Source of the DNA: the human T2T-CHM13v2.0 reference genome, Homo sapiens
NCBI RefSeq assembly: GCF_009914755.1
Contig: NC_060931.1
DNA: 64,000 nt
Direction: 5' to 3' (one strand)
Below the pieces are notes generated by a model. That model worked only from the letters and a program-made list of their open reading frames with translations. It was not told where the DNA came from and did not search any database. Positions within the stretch are counted from its first letter, which is position 1; each line of letters begins with the position of its first letter. This document shows positions 13,170-26,338 of the stretch, one piece after another. The translations under genes and the position numbers were made by a program.

Positions 13170-14015
13170 TCCTTCCTCAAGTCCTGTCAGCATTTCCCTC
13201 AAATATATCCCCAGTGTAACCACTTTGCCCCACCTCAACACTACTAATCAAGCCTTCAATTCTCACCTTGACTACTACCACAGCCTCTTCATGGGCATCT
13301 TTCCATGCTCCTCTCACTCCCTTCTACGGATGAGCTGAGCATGGCAGTAGAAAGATAGGCAGGGGCTAGATGATCTTAGGTATCCTTGAAAGCCACATGA
13401 GGAGTCTGGACTTTTTAAAAATGGGATGGGAAATGGCTGTAAAGCTGTGATCTGGGAAATAATGTGATCTAAGTTTTTTGAGTTTGTTTTTTTAAAGCCC
13501 TCTGGTTGCTGCTTGGGGAGTTGACCACAGTAAGGTGCAAAGCAAGGAGATCAGTTAGGAAGCTGCTATGGCAATAGAGGTGAACAAAAACCTTGAGAAT
13601 CTCTTCCTTTTCCTCAAAAATTCAAAGGTCCTTTTCTACCTGAAGAACTTTGATGTTACTCTAGCCTTGGTCTTGAACACTGATTATCAAATGCCTGTCT
13701 CCCTCTATTTATTCTAGTCTTGATCTAAATACCACTTGCGTGGAGGCTTTCCCTAGCTACTCTAACAGAGTGAGACAAATCCCCATCTTTACCATCCTCT
13801 ATCCTCACTTTTTCTCTGATCATTTATTATTTCCTTATATTATATATCTCTTTTTTGTTGTTTAGTCTGTCTCTTTCACAAGAGTTTACATTGTATGGGA
13901 GCAAAAACCTTTTCTGGTGTCTTTGTAGTTGTAGCTCTAGCACCAGGAACTATGCCTGACACAGAATAAACATAAGAGGGACTCAGTAAATATTTGTTGC
14001 ATGGATGAATGTATT
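13170..14015. mobile_element. cluster of L2 fragments in both orientations
   Basis: + pieces at about 13170-13330 and 13590-14015 (ending ctcagtaaatatttgttgcatggatgaatg); - piece at about 13330-13590. Confidence 0.65.
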
Positions 14016-14124
14016 TATCTGCTCATAGCATGGTCTAAGACAATTTAAATGATACCAAGTTCAATTTCTTAGAAAACATTTATATTTCCAGAAAAAGGAG
14101 ACAATGTATTAGAAGCACCAAATA

Positions 14125-15042
14125 CATCTGACAAAGGTCTAATATCCAGAGTCCACAAGGAACACAAATAAATTTACAAGAAAAAAACAAACAACCCCAT
14201 TAAAAAGTGAGAAAAGGACATAAGCAGACACTTCTTAAAATAAGACATTTATGCAGCCAACAAATGTATGAAAAAAAGCTCAACATCATTGATCATTAGA
14301 GAAATGCAAATCAAACCCACAATGAGATACCATCTCATGCCAGTCAGAATTGCAACTATTAAGTCTAGAAACAACAGATGCTGACAAGGTTGCGGAGAAA
14401 AAGGAATGCTTTTACACTGTTGGTGGAAGTGTAAATTAGTCCAACCATTGTGGAAGACAGTGTGGTGATTCCTCAAAGATCTAGAGGCAGAAATACCATT
14501 TGACTCGGCAATCCCATTACTGGGTATATACCCAAAGGAATATAAATCATTCTGTTATAAAGATACATGCACATGTGTGTTCATTGCAGCACTATTCACA
14601 ATAGCAAAGACATGGAGTCAACCCAAATGCCCATCAATGATAGACTGAATAAAGAAAATGTGGTACATATACACCTTGGAATACTAGGCAGCCAAAAAGG
14701 GAATGAGATCGTGTCCTTTGCAGGGACATGGATGGAGCTGGAAGCCATTATCCTCAGCAAACTAACACAGGAACAGAAAACCAGACATTGCATGTTCTCT
14801 CTTCAACTGGGAGCTGAACAATGAGAACACATGGACACATGATGGGGAACAACACACACTGGGGTAGGGGGAGGGAAAGCCTCAGGAAGAATAGCTAATG
14901 GATGTTGGGCTTAATACCTAGGTGATGGGTTGATCTGCGCAGCAAACCAGCATGGCACACATTTACCTATGTAATAAACCTGCACATCCTGCACATGTAC
15001 CCCAGAACTAAAAATAAAAGTTGAAGGAAAAATTTTTTTAAA
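14125..15042 (+). mobile_element. 5'-truncated L1PA (about L1PA12-14), ORF2 end plus 3' UTR
   Basis: catctgacaaaggtctaatatccag ... cctgcacatgtaccccagaactaaaaataaaagttgaaggaaaa; TSD aagcaccaaata at 14113-14124 and 15043-15054; ORF2 disrupted. Confidence 0.93.
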
Positions 15043-15069
15043 AAGCACCAAATATTCCTGGTACCTAAT

Positions 15070-15205
15070 AATCACTTATTTTTATTGAAGGTTCACTATA
15101 TCCTAGACTGTATTATGAGTTTTTCTTATCTGAATCCATCAGCAACCCTAAGAAGTAGATATTACTATCCTGATTTTACAAGCAAGGAAACTGAAACTTG
15201 AATAC
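15070..15205 (-). mobile_element. MIR fragment
   Basis: cagcaaccctaagaagtagatattactatcctgattttacaagcaaggaaactgaaact (MIR core, reverse). Confidence 0.75.
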
Positions 15206-16004
15206 ATACCCACTGCGAACTCTTAGGAACACTTGAAAGTTCATTGCCTTCTAACGCTGAGATGCCTTCTAATGCTGAGAAGCCCTTGAAAAGGTGGTTT
15301 TAGCCTTGAGAAAAAAAAAGTTGCTGATAGGCTTGTTTAAAAGCCAAGAAGTTGTTATAGTTTTAAAGCCTAAATTGGGCCTGGTGTCAGCTGATCCAAT
15401 GACCTTCCCTTTTTTATCCCTAGTAATCCGGTAATCTCCCATTGATGAGCAAAGCATGTGTACTCTATTAAATACTGGGTGCAGTTTAGGCAACGCTGCC
15501 TCCAGCCTCAGGTGCCCAGCAGGAAGTCATAATTGACAATACAGAGCTGAGTAGGGCAGCATGGTGGCAGCCCAGGTCACCTTCCCCATCCATCCCTCCT
15601 CATGGAGCTTGCTGCACTCATTTACTGCTCAGCTCCTCTTTGACCAATGGCTAAGGCCCTGGACTGGACATTGCCAAGTCCAATTCTGTTCCTAACACAG
15701 ATGATTGCTGCAGTGAGTCATAAACACCTCACTGAATCTCACCTGAAAAGTTAAATGGAATGCCCTCTTCATTCTTGACTCCCAGGATGTGCTAATACCC
15801 CACAAATATGTGACGTTCCTCATAGGAAGGACATGTATATAATTCAAAGTGCTATTGTGAGTTCCAAACTCAAAATCTAAAAAGGCACTGAGAGAAGTAA
15901 ATATTTGTAGAGAAGCTATATCCCTAACAATATAATCAAAATATAATAAACTTAATTTTCATCAAAACTATTTTTTGTTTCCAAGCATAGAGACAAGAAA
16001 GATG

Positions 16005-16320
16005 GGCCAGGCCTGGTGGCTCACGCCTGTAATCCCAGCACATTGGGATGCCGAGGTGGGTAGATCACAAGGTCAGGAGTTCAAGACCAGCCTAGCCAAC
16101 ATGGTGAAACCCCGTCTCTACTAAAAATACAAAAAAATTAGCTGGGCGTGGTGGCACGCACCTGTAATCCCAGCTACCCAGGAGGCTGAGGCAGAGAATT
16201 GCTTGAACCAGGAAGGCGGAGGTTGCAGTGAGCCGAGACGGCGCCACTGCACTCCAGACTGGGCAACAGAGCAAGACTGTCTCAAAAAAAAAAAAAAAAA
16301 GAAAGAAAGAAAAAAAAAAA
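16005..16320 (+). mobile_element. AluS (Sg-like) SINE
   Basis: gatcacaaggtcaggagttc; long A tail; TSD aagaaagatg. Confidence 0.94.
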
Positions 16321-17729
16321 AAGAAAGATGGCCTTCCTGAAATATCGACTATACATGGCTATATTTTAGATTTTTCACAGTTGGAATTTGGTGTTCATGT
16401 TTATCCTTTTGAATATCAATGAGAAAGTTTATATTTGTGTCTACTGCCATGATAACATTAGCATGTCCCCTTTTTGTGAGTGAGAGAGATCAGATGATTT
16501 ACCTCTTCTCATCTTTAGGGCTTATTTTCTAAATATTTTATCATGAAGGAGTTATTTTTTATAAAGATTTGACATGTCTTTTATTTTATTTTTGCTTTTC
16601 TTTATTTAGGAAAAAGCAAAACAACAATGTGTTCTTTTCTGAGATGCACATTGACTTGTAGGAAGGAAGTCTGAGAAGCAATTTGTCCACAAACAGAGAT
16701 TATGGTCCGTGCAGAAAAATGTACCAAGATATCTTTCCAGGGTAAGCTGTGGAGGATATGTGGGCCTGATCCTGCACAGTCTAATGGGCACAAGGCTTTC
16801 TTTTACGTCAGAGCCTGAGGCTGTTTACAAATAAACACAGACCAACGTGACATTCTGCCCAAGATAGGCACCATGAGGGGAACTACGGAATCTTTCCATT
16901 AATGACCTATCTGAAATAATACACCACCCTTGATTCAGGGGCAGAAATTCCGCTGATGCAATGCCGAGTTGGGTGGGCCAGCACTGAGTGCTATGATGAA
17001 AGCCCTTCACAATGGTTTCCAAAGAATGGGAGCCAGAAACACTAAAACAAAGTCATACTTTCACAGAGCAGCAAGAGAAAGGACTTCCAGCGATGAGCCC
17101 CTATGGAAAAATCTGCCCTGGCTTCAAGGCCCCAAGCACAGCCCTGGGAACCATTAAAGAGAGGCTCTGGCAGATCTCAACTGACACATAGGCTAATGGC
17201 AGGAGGCAAGGGAAGGAAGCTGGGGCCCACCCCAAGTCAGACTTCAGAGATGCAAGATCATCACACACATACGTGTGCACACACAGATATTCACTGTCTT
17301 AGGAAGGCATATTTTACGTTTTAATGATAAGCAAACCTTGTAACAGTAAATTGTCTCCTCTTCTTCTAGAGATGGGAAAGATGAAAACTCTTTGGAAGGA
17401 ACAAAGAAGAATAGAGACCTGGATTCCCAGGTCTGAAGGTGCTCTGTGAATGATCAGGTGATGGCCACGGCCAGCTTTCCCAGCTTTTGGTTTCACTATA
17501 TTTGTTGTGCTTCAAGAAGCTCTGAGCATGTTACTTAGCCTGCCTCTACAGGAAAAGGTATATCAGTACCTTAAAAATCACCCCTTCTCTACCCTACTCC
17601 CATCCCCACACACCCCCACCATCCCCTCAGCATCAGTCATCCTGGGTGGTCTCCTGGAACTCTCTGTCTGCTCAGTCACCTGTGGCTTCATTACATTTGC
17701 CCTTCACATGGGTGGTTTTCTATGTAACA

Positions 17730-18050
17730 GTGCTCTTTCCCTGAATGCCTTTACGGCTGGATCTTTCCTGTCATCCAATAGGAGCTAAAATGTCACCTCC
17801 TAATAGAGACTCTTCCTGGCCACACTGTCTAAAGTATTGCTTGCCTCTCTTTTGTAGTCTGTACATTTTTTATTTCCCTCATTGCCCTTTTCCTAATCTG
17901 TAACTGTTTTTAATTGTTTAATGTCTCTCTCCCTCATGTGAACACAAGCTTTTTTAGATTAGAAACCATATCTTCTTTATTACTATACTCCATTCAGCTC
18001 AATGACCAGTATATAGAAGGTAGTTGATAAATATTTGTTGAATGAATGAA
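17730..18050 (+). mobile_element. L2 LINE 3' fragment
   Basis: aaatgtcacctcc...ttcctggccacactgtctaaa ... ataaatatttgttgaatgaatgaa. Confidence 0.75.
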
Positions 18051-18769
18051 AAACTTAGCTGAAGTTCACCTTTTCCATTTCAGTCCACAGTGATCTTTGC
18101 CTTTCTGGCTTGATAAAGCACTTGAAGTAAGTTCTGCATTCACACGGCACAGCACTCTATTGTGTGGTCTTGATGCCTTCAGTCAGGTCGTGCCATCTTA
18201 ATTCATTAATATGCTACTAAAATTAGGGGTCAGATTTTCTACTCATTGTTTTATCCAAACTCTCAGCATAGATCTGGATTCACTTGTCTTAAAGCCAGTG
18301 TAACAGAAATATTAGCTTTGGGGAGAAGAGTCATTTTCCCCAGAGTGGTCTTTTCCCCATAAGCCCTCTATAAAAATAGACCTACTGTCACGATTCTGTT
18401 CTTAGAACATGACATGAAATCCGGGGTCTTAGTTTCTGAGTGTTGGGAGCAAGCCATCACCTTCGGGAGAGCAGATTTGCTTGTAGAAGTCTTGAACTTC
18501 ATATAAACATCGTTCATTTCAGGCATACTGTCAAAAATCTAAACAGTCCTAAATTAGGAGCTTATTATAAGTTATTACAGATTTCCTCCTGTTGCTTCCA
18601 GATTATTTGTTTAAAAGGATCTGGTAAATACCAGATCTTTAGTATGATGACTAATGTCCTGCCAAAATAAGGGGGGAAAAAACCCCTTTCAAAGTTATTC
18701 TGGAAACGCAGGTGGCTCTGTCCAGTAGTACAGATCTGCAGCCCCCCACCACCCCACCCCCGCCCTTAC

Positions 18770-19005
18770 CCCTCTTAGACAGCTTGTTACTTCCAATCCT
18801 TGGAAAGAGCTCTTTTAAGATTGGGAGTTACTTTCACAATTGCTTAGACTAAGAAGACAAAGCCTGTTGTCTTGCTAACAATTGCTCTGTGTGGTCAATC
18901 TTTGGTGGTCAGCAAAATTATCCCCAAATGCCAGAATTCAAACGAGTAACTCAGGCATTGAACTTTAAAATAGATGTTTAATTCTTCAATAGGAACTCTT
19001 AACAC
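18770..19005 (-). other. candidate non-coding exon (236 nt)
   Basis: - strand: T-run and pyrimidine tract then ccaag/ctgacag acceptors; donor GGG|GTAAGG followed by intronic G-runs; no open frame recognised. Confidence 0.35.
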
Positions 19006-19544
19006 CTGTCAGATGCTTGGAATGGGATGAGGCAGAAAGTAGACGGCAGTGTACAAAATGCAAAAAAAAAAAAAAAAATTGCATTTCGCTGAACATGGAC
19101 TCCACATTTCCATTTCAGCCAAAGTGGACACTCACAGTCTTGACTCAATTTTAATTAGTGGAAAAATAGTGAAAGAAAACGAAAGAAGCATTAGTTTTTT
19201 TTTAAAGAGCCTTAATTATGCCAGATGTCTTAACGTTTTGATTCTAATGAGCATTTTCCAGACTTAAGCTACTTCTATTTGCAGTGTGCTTTCTGGATAA
19301 CATTCCCTCTCTCCACATACACACCACTACCACATGTCTCTAGGAATTAAATTACTATCACCCTCCACGAGGAACTCCACTCAATACCTAAGCTACTTTT
19401 GCTCTGGAGATTCCCTCAAGGAATCTCAATTGAGCTTAACTTTGAAAACATTTACAAGGTCTTATACCCACATAAGATAAAGCAGTGTACTGAGTGGATA
19501 TGCAATACAATGAAATAACTTTTAAATTTACTGTTTTTGAGCAT

Positions 19545-19953
19545 CATTATCTTCTAAATTTTGTCCCCCTCCTCCCTCAAATTCATATGTTGAAGCCCTA
19601 AACCCAAATGTGACTGTATTTGGAGAGAGGGTCTGTAAGAAGGTAATAAAGGTTAAGAGAGGTCATAAGGGTAGAGCCTTTATCCAATGGGACTGGTGTC
19701 CTTATAAGAAGAAGAAGAGATACTGGAGAGCTCGCTCTCTCTCCAGGCACACAGAGAGGAAAGGCCATGTGAGAACACAACAAGAAGACAGCCATCTTCA
19801 AGCCAGGAGGAGAAGCCTCGCCAGAAACCCACCCCAACAGCACCTTGATCTTGGACTTCTAGTCTCCAGAATGGTGATAAAATTACATTCTGTTATTTAA
19901 GCCACCCAGTCTGTGATATTCTGTTATTATGATAGCCCAAGCAGACTGATAAG
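19545..19953 (+). mobile_element. MaLR solo LTR, MLT1A-like
   Basis: aaattcatatgttgaagccctaa, gactggtgtccttataagaag, caccttgatcttggacttctagtctccagaa, tttaagccacccagtctgtg. Confidence 0.9.
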
Positions 19954-20130
19954 TGCTTACTATTGCTTGCTGATCCCCAAGTGCTTCGTTTACATTATCT
20001 CATTTAATCTTCACAACAACCCTATGAGGTAGACACTATTATTATTCGCATTTTAAATATGAGTAAACTGAGGCTTAGAAAGGATGACAACTTTCCGAGA
20101 GTCACACACAGTGTCAGAGCCCTCTGATTC
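19954..20130 (-). mobile_element. MIR (interrupted by the MLT1A)
   Basis: tctcatttaatcttcacaacaaccctatgaggtag...aaactgaggcttaga; the tttttgagca piece lies left of the LTR. Confidence 0.85.
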
Positions 20131-20739
20131 CAGATGGATACTATATTATGTAAATTAAAATAAGTTAAAATATCTTTAAGGTATGTCAAGGCTTAAAATT
20201 GTGGCTGGTGTGTGTCATTTATTCTTCCCATTCATATTCCTGGATTTTTTTTGTCAGTGGTACCAAATTAAACCTAACTTGAGTTAATCCCAATCTAAGT
20301 TAACACACGTAATGAAACCATAATGCTCACATTTGATCAATATACACCAGGGAATGGTTACCTTATCATTTTTCTCATACTATTTGCCTTTAAAGGTTGG
20401 CATAATCTGTTCTTGAGTATAAAGTTGTAGGTGGATTTGAATCTTTTTATTAAGCAATGCTGTCAAGTACTGCAGTTGAAGCTGCAAATCGTGGTTCATC
20501 TGGTGAGAAACATACTCTGGATTCTAAGAAGCCTGCTCCTTCCCCAGTGCATATAATTTAATGGGAGGAACAAGACAATCAAGAAAAATGTCTTGAAATA
20601 TCTATTTTTATTTAGTGCACCATTTATTTGCCCAGAGCACTAATGGGATATGTAGAAGGTATATATGGACAGCCTATGGAAAATAGAAACTTTGAGGATG
20701 TAAATCCATTGCCAGGACACTGAAATGATGGCAAATACA

Positions 20740-20929
20740 CACCTGGAGTTAAACAAATACTGGTTTCATTCACAGCACTGCCACTTATTTCTGCTGCAGT
20801 CTAGACAAGTTACTCAACCCTGCTCTACCTCAGGTTCAATATGTATAAAATAGGAATAACATATCAACCTCCAAAGGTTATGGAAATTAAATGAAATTAT
20901 GTCTATAGAAAGCTCAGCATCTTGTCTGG
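20740..20929 (+). mobile_element. MIR
   Basis: cagcactgccactta...gacaagttactcaacc...cctcaggttc...tataaaataggaataa. Confidence 0.75.
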
Positions 20930-21404
20930 TGTATTAGTCATGGATCTTCAGAGAAACAGAACCAATAAGATGTATGTAAAGAGAGAGGGAGACAGAAATA
21001 TTTATTATGCGGAATTGGCTCACATGACTATGGAGGCTAGGAAGTCCTATCTGCCCGTCTGCAAGTTGGAGACCCAAGAAAGCAGGTGGTGGTGTTTGTG
21101 GTGTAATTCAGTCCGAATCTGAAGGCCTGGGAGCTGGGGGAGCCTGTGGTATAAGTCTCAGTTCAAGCGGAGGAGCAGCTCAAACAGTAAGGCAGGGTGG
21201 AAAGGAGCACATTCCTCTTTTTTCCATTTTTTGTTCTATTCCAATCCTCAGTCCATTGGATGATGTCCACCTACATGGGTGAGGGCAATCTACTATACTG
21301 AGTCCACTGATTCAAATACTAATCTTATCCAGGAACACCCTCATGGACATATTCAGAAATAATGTTTAATCTGGGCACTTTGTGTCCCATTCAAATTGAC
21401 ACAC
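20930..21404 (-). mobile_element. ERVL LTR, MLT2B-like
   Basis: tgtattagtca...cagagaaacagaaccaata...gaattggctcacatgact...ggtgagggcaatct...gtccactgattcaaatactaatct. Confidence 0.88.
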
Positions 21405-22129
21405 ATTCAATTTATTAGCCATTGTTATTGACATCTTCCACAGCGGTGAGTTTTTCTTCCGTAACATATTTATCTAGCCACTCAACATCCTGGCAAAACT
21501 CCTTTTTGGCTCATTGGTATCATCAAAGCAGATGCTTTAGGCACATTCAAGGTAACTTCCAGCCCTCAGAAGATATAATATGAAAGAAGAAGAAACAGAG
21601 CTCAAAGTAGAAAAAAAATTATTTTTCAAAATGAAGAACTATTATTTTCCAGCTCCCAGGAGACTTTCCAACAATAAACAGCAAACAGTAGAAGATGATT
21701 ATGCATTACAGAAGAGACAGCTATTTTATAAAAGATTTTAAACAATGTACAACAAACACCACTGGGCCCACCAGCACAACACAGACAGGGATACAAGCCA
21801 GTGTGGAGTTGGTGGCAATGCCCTAGGAATTCCGCAGAATCACTGGAGTGAGTTTGAATCCCAGTTACATAGACCTAGGCATTAAATTAGCATCAGCTAA
21901 AGGCCTAAGAAAAGTCAGACTTAAACAACAGAAATTGATCAAGGAGCAAACACATGCATACCGTGACACTCAGTGTGGCTACTGTTGTTCAACAGAGCCC
22001 AGGTTTCTCTGACATCAAATCATTGCCTTGATGACCTCAGTACGAGAGGACAGGACAAGTTAAAACCTCTAAAGGATAAGATCAGAGAAGCCTAACTACG
22101 ACTTAGGCTATCAGGCAGTGACAGTTAAC

Positions 22130-22863
<734 letters not shown>

Positions 22864-23200
22864 ACTAGCATTATCCTAACTAGTAAAGTTATAAATATTC
22901 ATCACATGAATATTGCTAGAGAAAGAGGGCCCAGGAACTTGAAGCATGTTTTCTGTTCTGTTTTCTTTTTCTACTTTTTCCTACTCTGATGTGTACTGGG
23001 CATATATCAGAAATGGTTTTTGAGTGTTGAATGAATGAATACCTGACCTGACTGACCTATGACAAATAATCTAACTTCTTTTTGCCTTCAGTACCTAAAG
23101 CCATAATTAACATCGCAATGTTTGCCACTTTATTGAAATGTAATGAGGATTAATAAAATATCTGACATGCCATTCTGAGTTCCTTTGGGTAAGAAATACA

Positions 23201-23272
23201 ATAAATTAAGTACAGAATAAGTACAATCAGTATAGGAAATTAAGTATAAATTAAGTACAGGATAAGTACAAT
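23201..23272. repeat. local direct duplication (27 bp, 26/27 identical) with a partial third copy
   Basis: ataaattaagtacag(a/g)ataagtacaat at 23201-23227 and 23246-23272. Confidence 0.85.
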
Positions 23273-23745
23273 GTGTACCCATTAAACACAAATCCAGTAG
23301 AAGTCAGGTTATATAAAATGTAAAGTTCTCTAGAATCCAATAATCTCAAATCACTACGATAATATAAACAAGTGAGAGTGAGTAGTATTATCTAGTATAT
23401 TAATCAGGTAAAATAACTTCACTTCTCCTTAAAAGATGCCTTAATAACTAAGAAGAGTCATTAACTAATTACTCACAAATAATTTCTCTTATAGAAATGT
23501 GAACCTCTGGTTTTATTGTTAGCTGGACATACATAAATTGATGTGATCTTTCTGTTAAAGGTGGTGGCACCTAACAAGTACTGTTATGGGTGTTAGTCTG
23601 AGATGGACAGGAAATTCAGTCACCGATATATTTAAAAGACTCACCAAAAAGGAGGTACCACTGATAGGGTTTCCAGCTTTCAGTGCTGATTGTGAAAATG
23701 AGAAATATATTTCTGAACATACTTTTTTTCTTTACTTTTTATTTA

Positions 23746-24042
23746 AGATATGGGGTCTCACTATGTCACCCAGACTGAGTGCAGTGGCTATTCACAGGCA
23801 TAATTCCACATTTGATTAGCATGGGAGTTTTGACCTGCTCTGTTTCCATCCTGGGCTGCTTCACCCCTCTTTAGGAAACTTATAGTCCTCTGTTCCAGGG
23901 AAGTCATCATACTGATGCCATACTTAGTGTGGATACCCTATTGGCATAGTGCAGTACAGCCCGGAATTCCTGGGCTCAAACAACACTCCCGCCTCAGCCT
24001 CCAGAGTGGCTGGGGCTGCAGGCATGTGCCACCACACCCAGA
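23746..24042 (-). pseudogene. 7SL (SRP) RNA retropseudogene, full length (RN7SL-P type)
   Basis: reverse complement has Alu-domain ends plus the S domain (cactatgccaatagggtatccacactaagtatggcatc...gaggggtgaagcagcccaggatggaaacagagcaggtcaaaactccc...gcctgtgaatagccactgcactc); 297 nt; A-rich tail at about 23723-23745; heavy CpG decay. Confidence 0.93.
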
Positions 24043-24304
24043 TGAAAATAATTTTAACTAATTTGATTTTACATTAATATCTGTTAAGGGTGACCTTACA
24101 TTATATATGATCCAGGTCCCTTAAAGGAAGACAAACACATGATGGCTGTCTGAAGGCTTAAGTTAGCCAGAATTGGTGGGTGAATTATTTTTCACCTGAT
24201 GATCTGGACTGAAGGAAATGCCCACCACTGGAACTTTGGTTAAGTTTAACACCATGTTATTCAAGATGCATCCCTCCCATGTCTACAATCTCTTCACAAT
24301 ACTA

Positions 24305-24420
24305 TGATTCATTCATTCATTCATTCACAAAATACCTACTGAGCACCTGGGCTAGAAGCTGGAGATTTGAAAATGCCCAAGATACAGTCCTTGTTTTCAC
24401 ACAGCCACAGCCTAATTTAA
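24305..24420 (-). mobile_element. L2 3' fragment
   Basis: (attc)n...ctgagcacctgggctagaagctggagat...aagatacagtccttg. Confidence 0.65.
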
Positions 24421-25266
24421 AAAAACACACAATATATACAATACAGCTGTATTAGATATCTAAATGCATTCCAAACTCCATCTTTGTGTCATAGACTCTT
24501 ATGCAATAGGAACTAAAAAGAAATATTCCATGTTTCACCATCTATGCTGCAAATATAATCTAAGTTTCTAAGGTTTATGAGTTCACCTCAACTATTTATT
24601 GTTCTGTTTCAACCTAGCCAGCCAGCATAACACCACAGGCTTTTTTTGTGATGCAGAAATTTTAGATGCCCAAATTAAGAGGATTCCATCTTGAGTTGAC
24701 CAAAATTCTTATCATTCTCATAAATGAAAAACCTTATTTACATGACTTTTAGCCTTTGATTTGCCCACTCTACTACAGTGTTAGAAGCCCAATGTCTCCT
24801 TCTAGTTTTCCTTTACGTATTCCTGCTTGGGCCAGAAAACATTAGTAGGGATATAGAGGTGATGTAGTAAGTGGTAGCCATTTGGCCAGGAAAACTTTGG
24901 AACAAAAATCTTATAGTACAGCCTTCTTTGAATAACACCTGTGCCCCCAGGGAAAATGGGGTATTATTATGAGCAGAAAAAAAAAAGCCATCCTACCACT
25001 TGGGAGGAATTGTTAGCAGGCAAGTGATCATGTAATACACAGCAATTGTGGATTGTAAGGGCAAGATTCCAGACCATGATACAAGCCGGCTTGTCTGCCC
25101 AAGGTTAATGGGGTAATATCCTTGCTTACTCCAGCTCAGAGTCAAATTAACTTTATAAACTCTGAGTATAGGTTCTGTCTTTTGTCTATAGAAGTTAAGA
25201 TTTAATATTCTGAAGGGGACCAGATGATTTAGTGTTTCATGGAGTGTTTGTCCCTCTTTTCAACAG

Positions 25267-25320
25267 ACTGCAAACACATCCCCTTTTCCAAGACGCTCTT
25301 CTGAAAAAAGACCCAGACAG
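25267..25320 (+). other. candidate 54-nt exon
   Basis: acceptor tgtttgtccctcttttcaacag|, donor GACAG|GTGAGA; two frames open, neither recognised. Confidence 0.35.
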
Positions 25321-25391
25321 GTGAGATTCTTTGCCAACAGCCTTTTTTACTTTGTTTGGGAAATCTGTCAGACATTGTGTGAAGAGAATAC

Positions 25392-25493
25392 CTGGACTCG
25401 TTACAGCTGTGCTTCACTGAGGACTACTGTGCATCATCCGATTTAAATTTTCGCTGAAGCTCTCTCTACAAACTGCCAAAATGGTTTCCAATA
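25392..25493 (-). other. candidate 102-nt non-coding or poison exon
   Basis: - strand acceptor ggctttccttttacag|, donor CCAG|GTATTC; stops in all three frames. Confidence 0.3.
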
Positions 25494-26054
25494 CTGTAAA
25501 AGGAAAGCCGTTTAAATGAGTTTGGTTTTATAGGGTAGGGAGGAAGAAGAATCCATCATGTATCAAAGGAGTGAATTGATTGATTGCATTTTTACTTTTC
25601 AATTAATCGTTTTGGCAGCCTGAAAGAGAAGGTCAGAAGATCTGTCCCCAGTTGAATGCTATTGTTGTCAGAGCGAAGCGTGCCACTTTCAGTGACTGCT
25701 ATGCTGTATTTAACATCTGGTTGTTTGGAAGCACAATGATTATTTCCTGGGAGTAGCAATTTTCAACTACTACTTTTGTATGATATTTACAAAATATCCC
25801 TTGCTCTGTGGAGATACTGACTGAGACAACAGTGGCGCTCCAGGGTAAGTCTTAGACAGAAGCAGCTCCAGAGAAGCAAGTGCACTGACAGATTGCCACT
25901 GCCCTGGGATTCAGAAATGTTCCGTGCTCATCTTCTCAGATCACTGCCTTCGTGTTTACTGGTGAAAGCACCTGCTGCTGAAAAATGCTAAGTCAGCAGC
26001 CCAAAGTTGTGGGAATTTTATACCTATTTCACACACTTACCAAACACACTTCTA

Positions 26055-26338
26055 GGCCAGGCTCTCACACCTGCAATCCTAACACTTTGGAAGGCCTAAG
26101 TGGGAAGTTTGCTTGAGCCCAGGAGAACCCCATCTCTACAAAAAAATAAAAAATAAAATATCTGGGCATGGTAGCTTGCGCCTGTAGTCCTAACTACTCA
26201 GGAGTCTGAGGTGGAAGGATGGCTTGAGCCCAGGAGGTTGAGGCAGCAGTGAGCCATGATTACGCACTGCACTCCAGCCTGGGTGACAGAGCAAGACCCT
26301 CTCTAAAAACTAGAATAGAATAAAATAAAATAAAATAA
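26055..26338 (+). mobile_element. AluJ SINE with an internal left-arm deletion
   Basis: ggatggcttgagcccaggaggttgaggc; about 30 nt missing after cccaggag; TSD acacttcta. Confidence 0.92.

Noticed and set aside
14249-14824. ORFs within the L1PA
   Set aside because: Antisense or out-of-frame pieces of a truncated, disrupted ORF2 and 3' UTR
25081-25094. Perfect 14-bp palindrome acaagccggcttgt
   Set aside because: A few palindromes of this length are expected by chance in 64 kb
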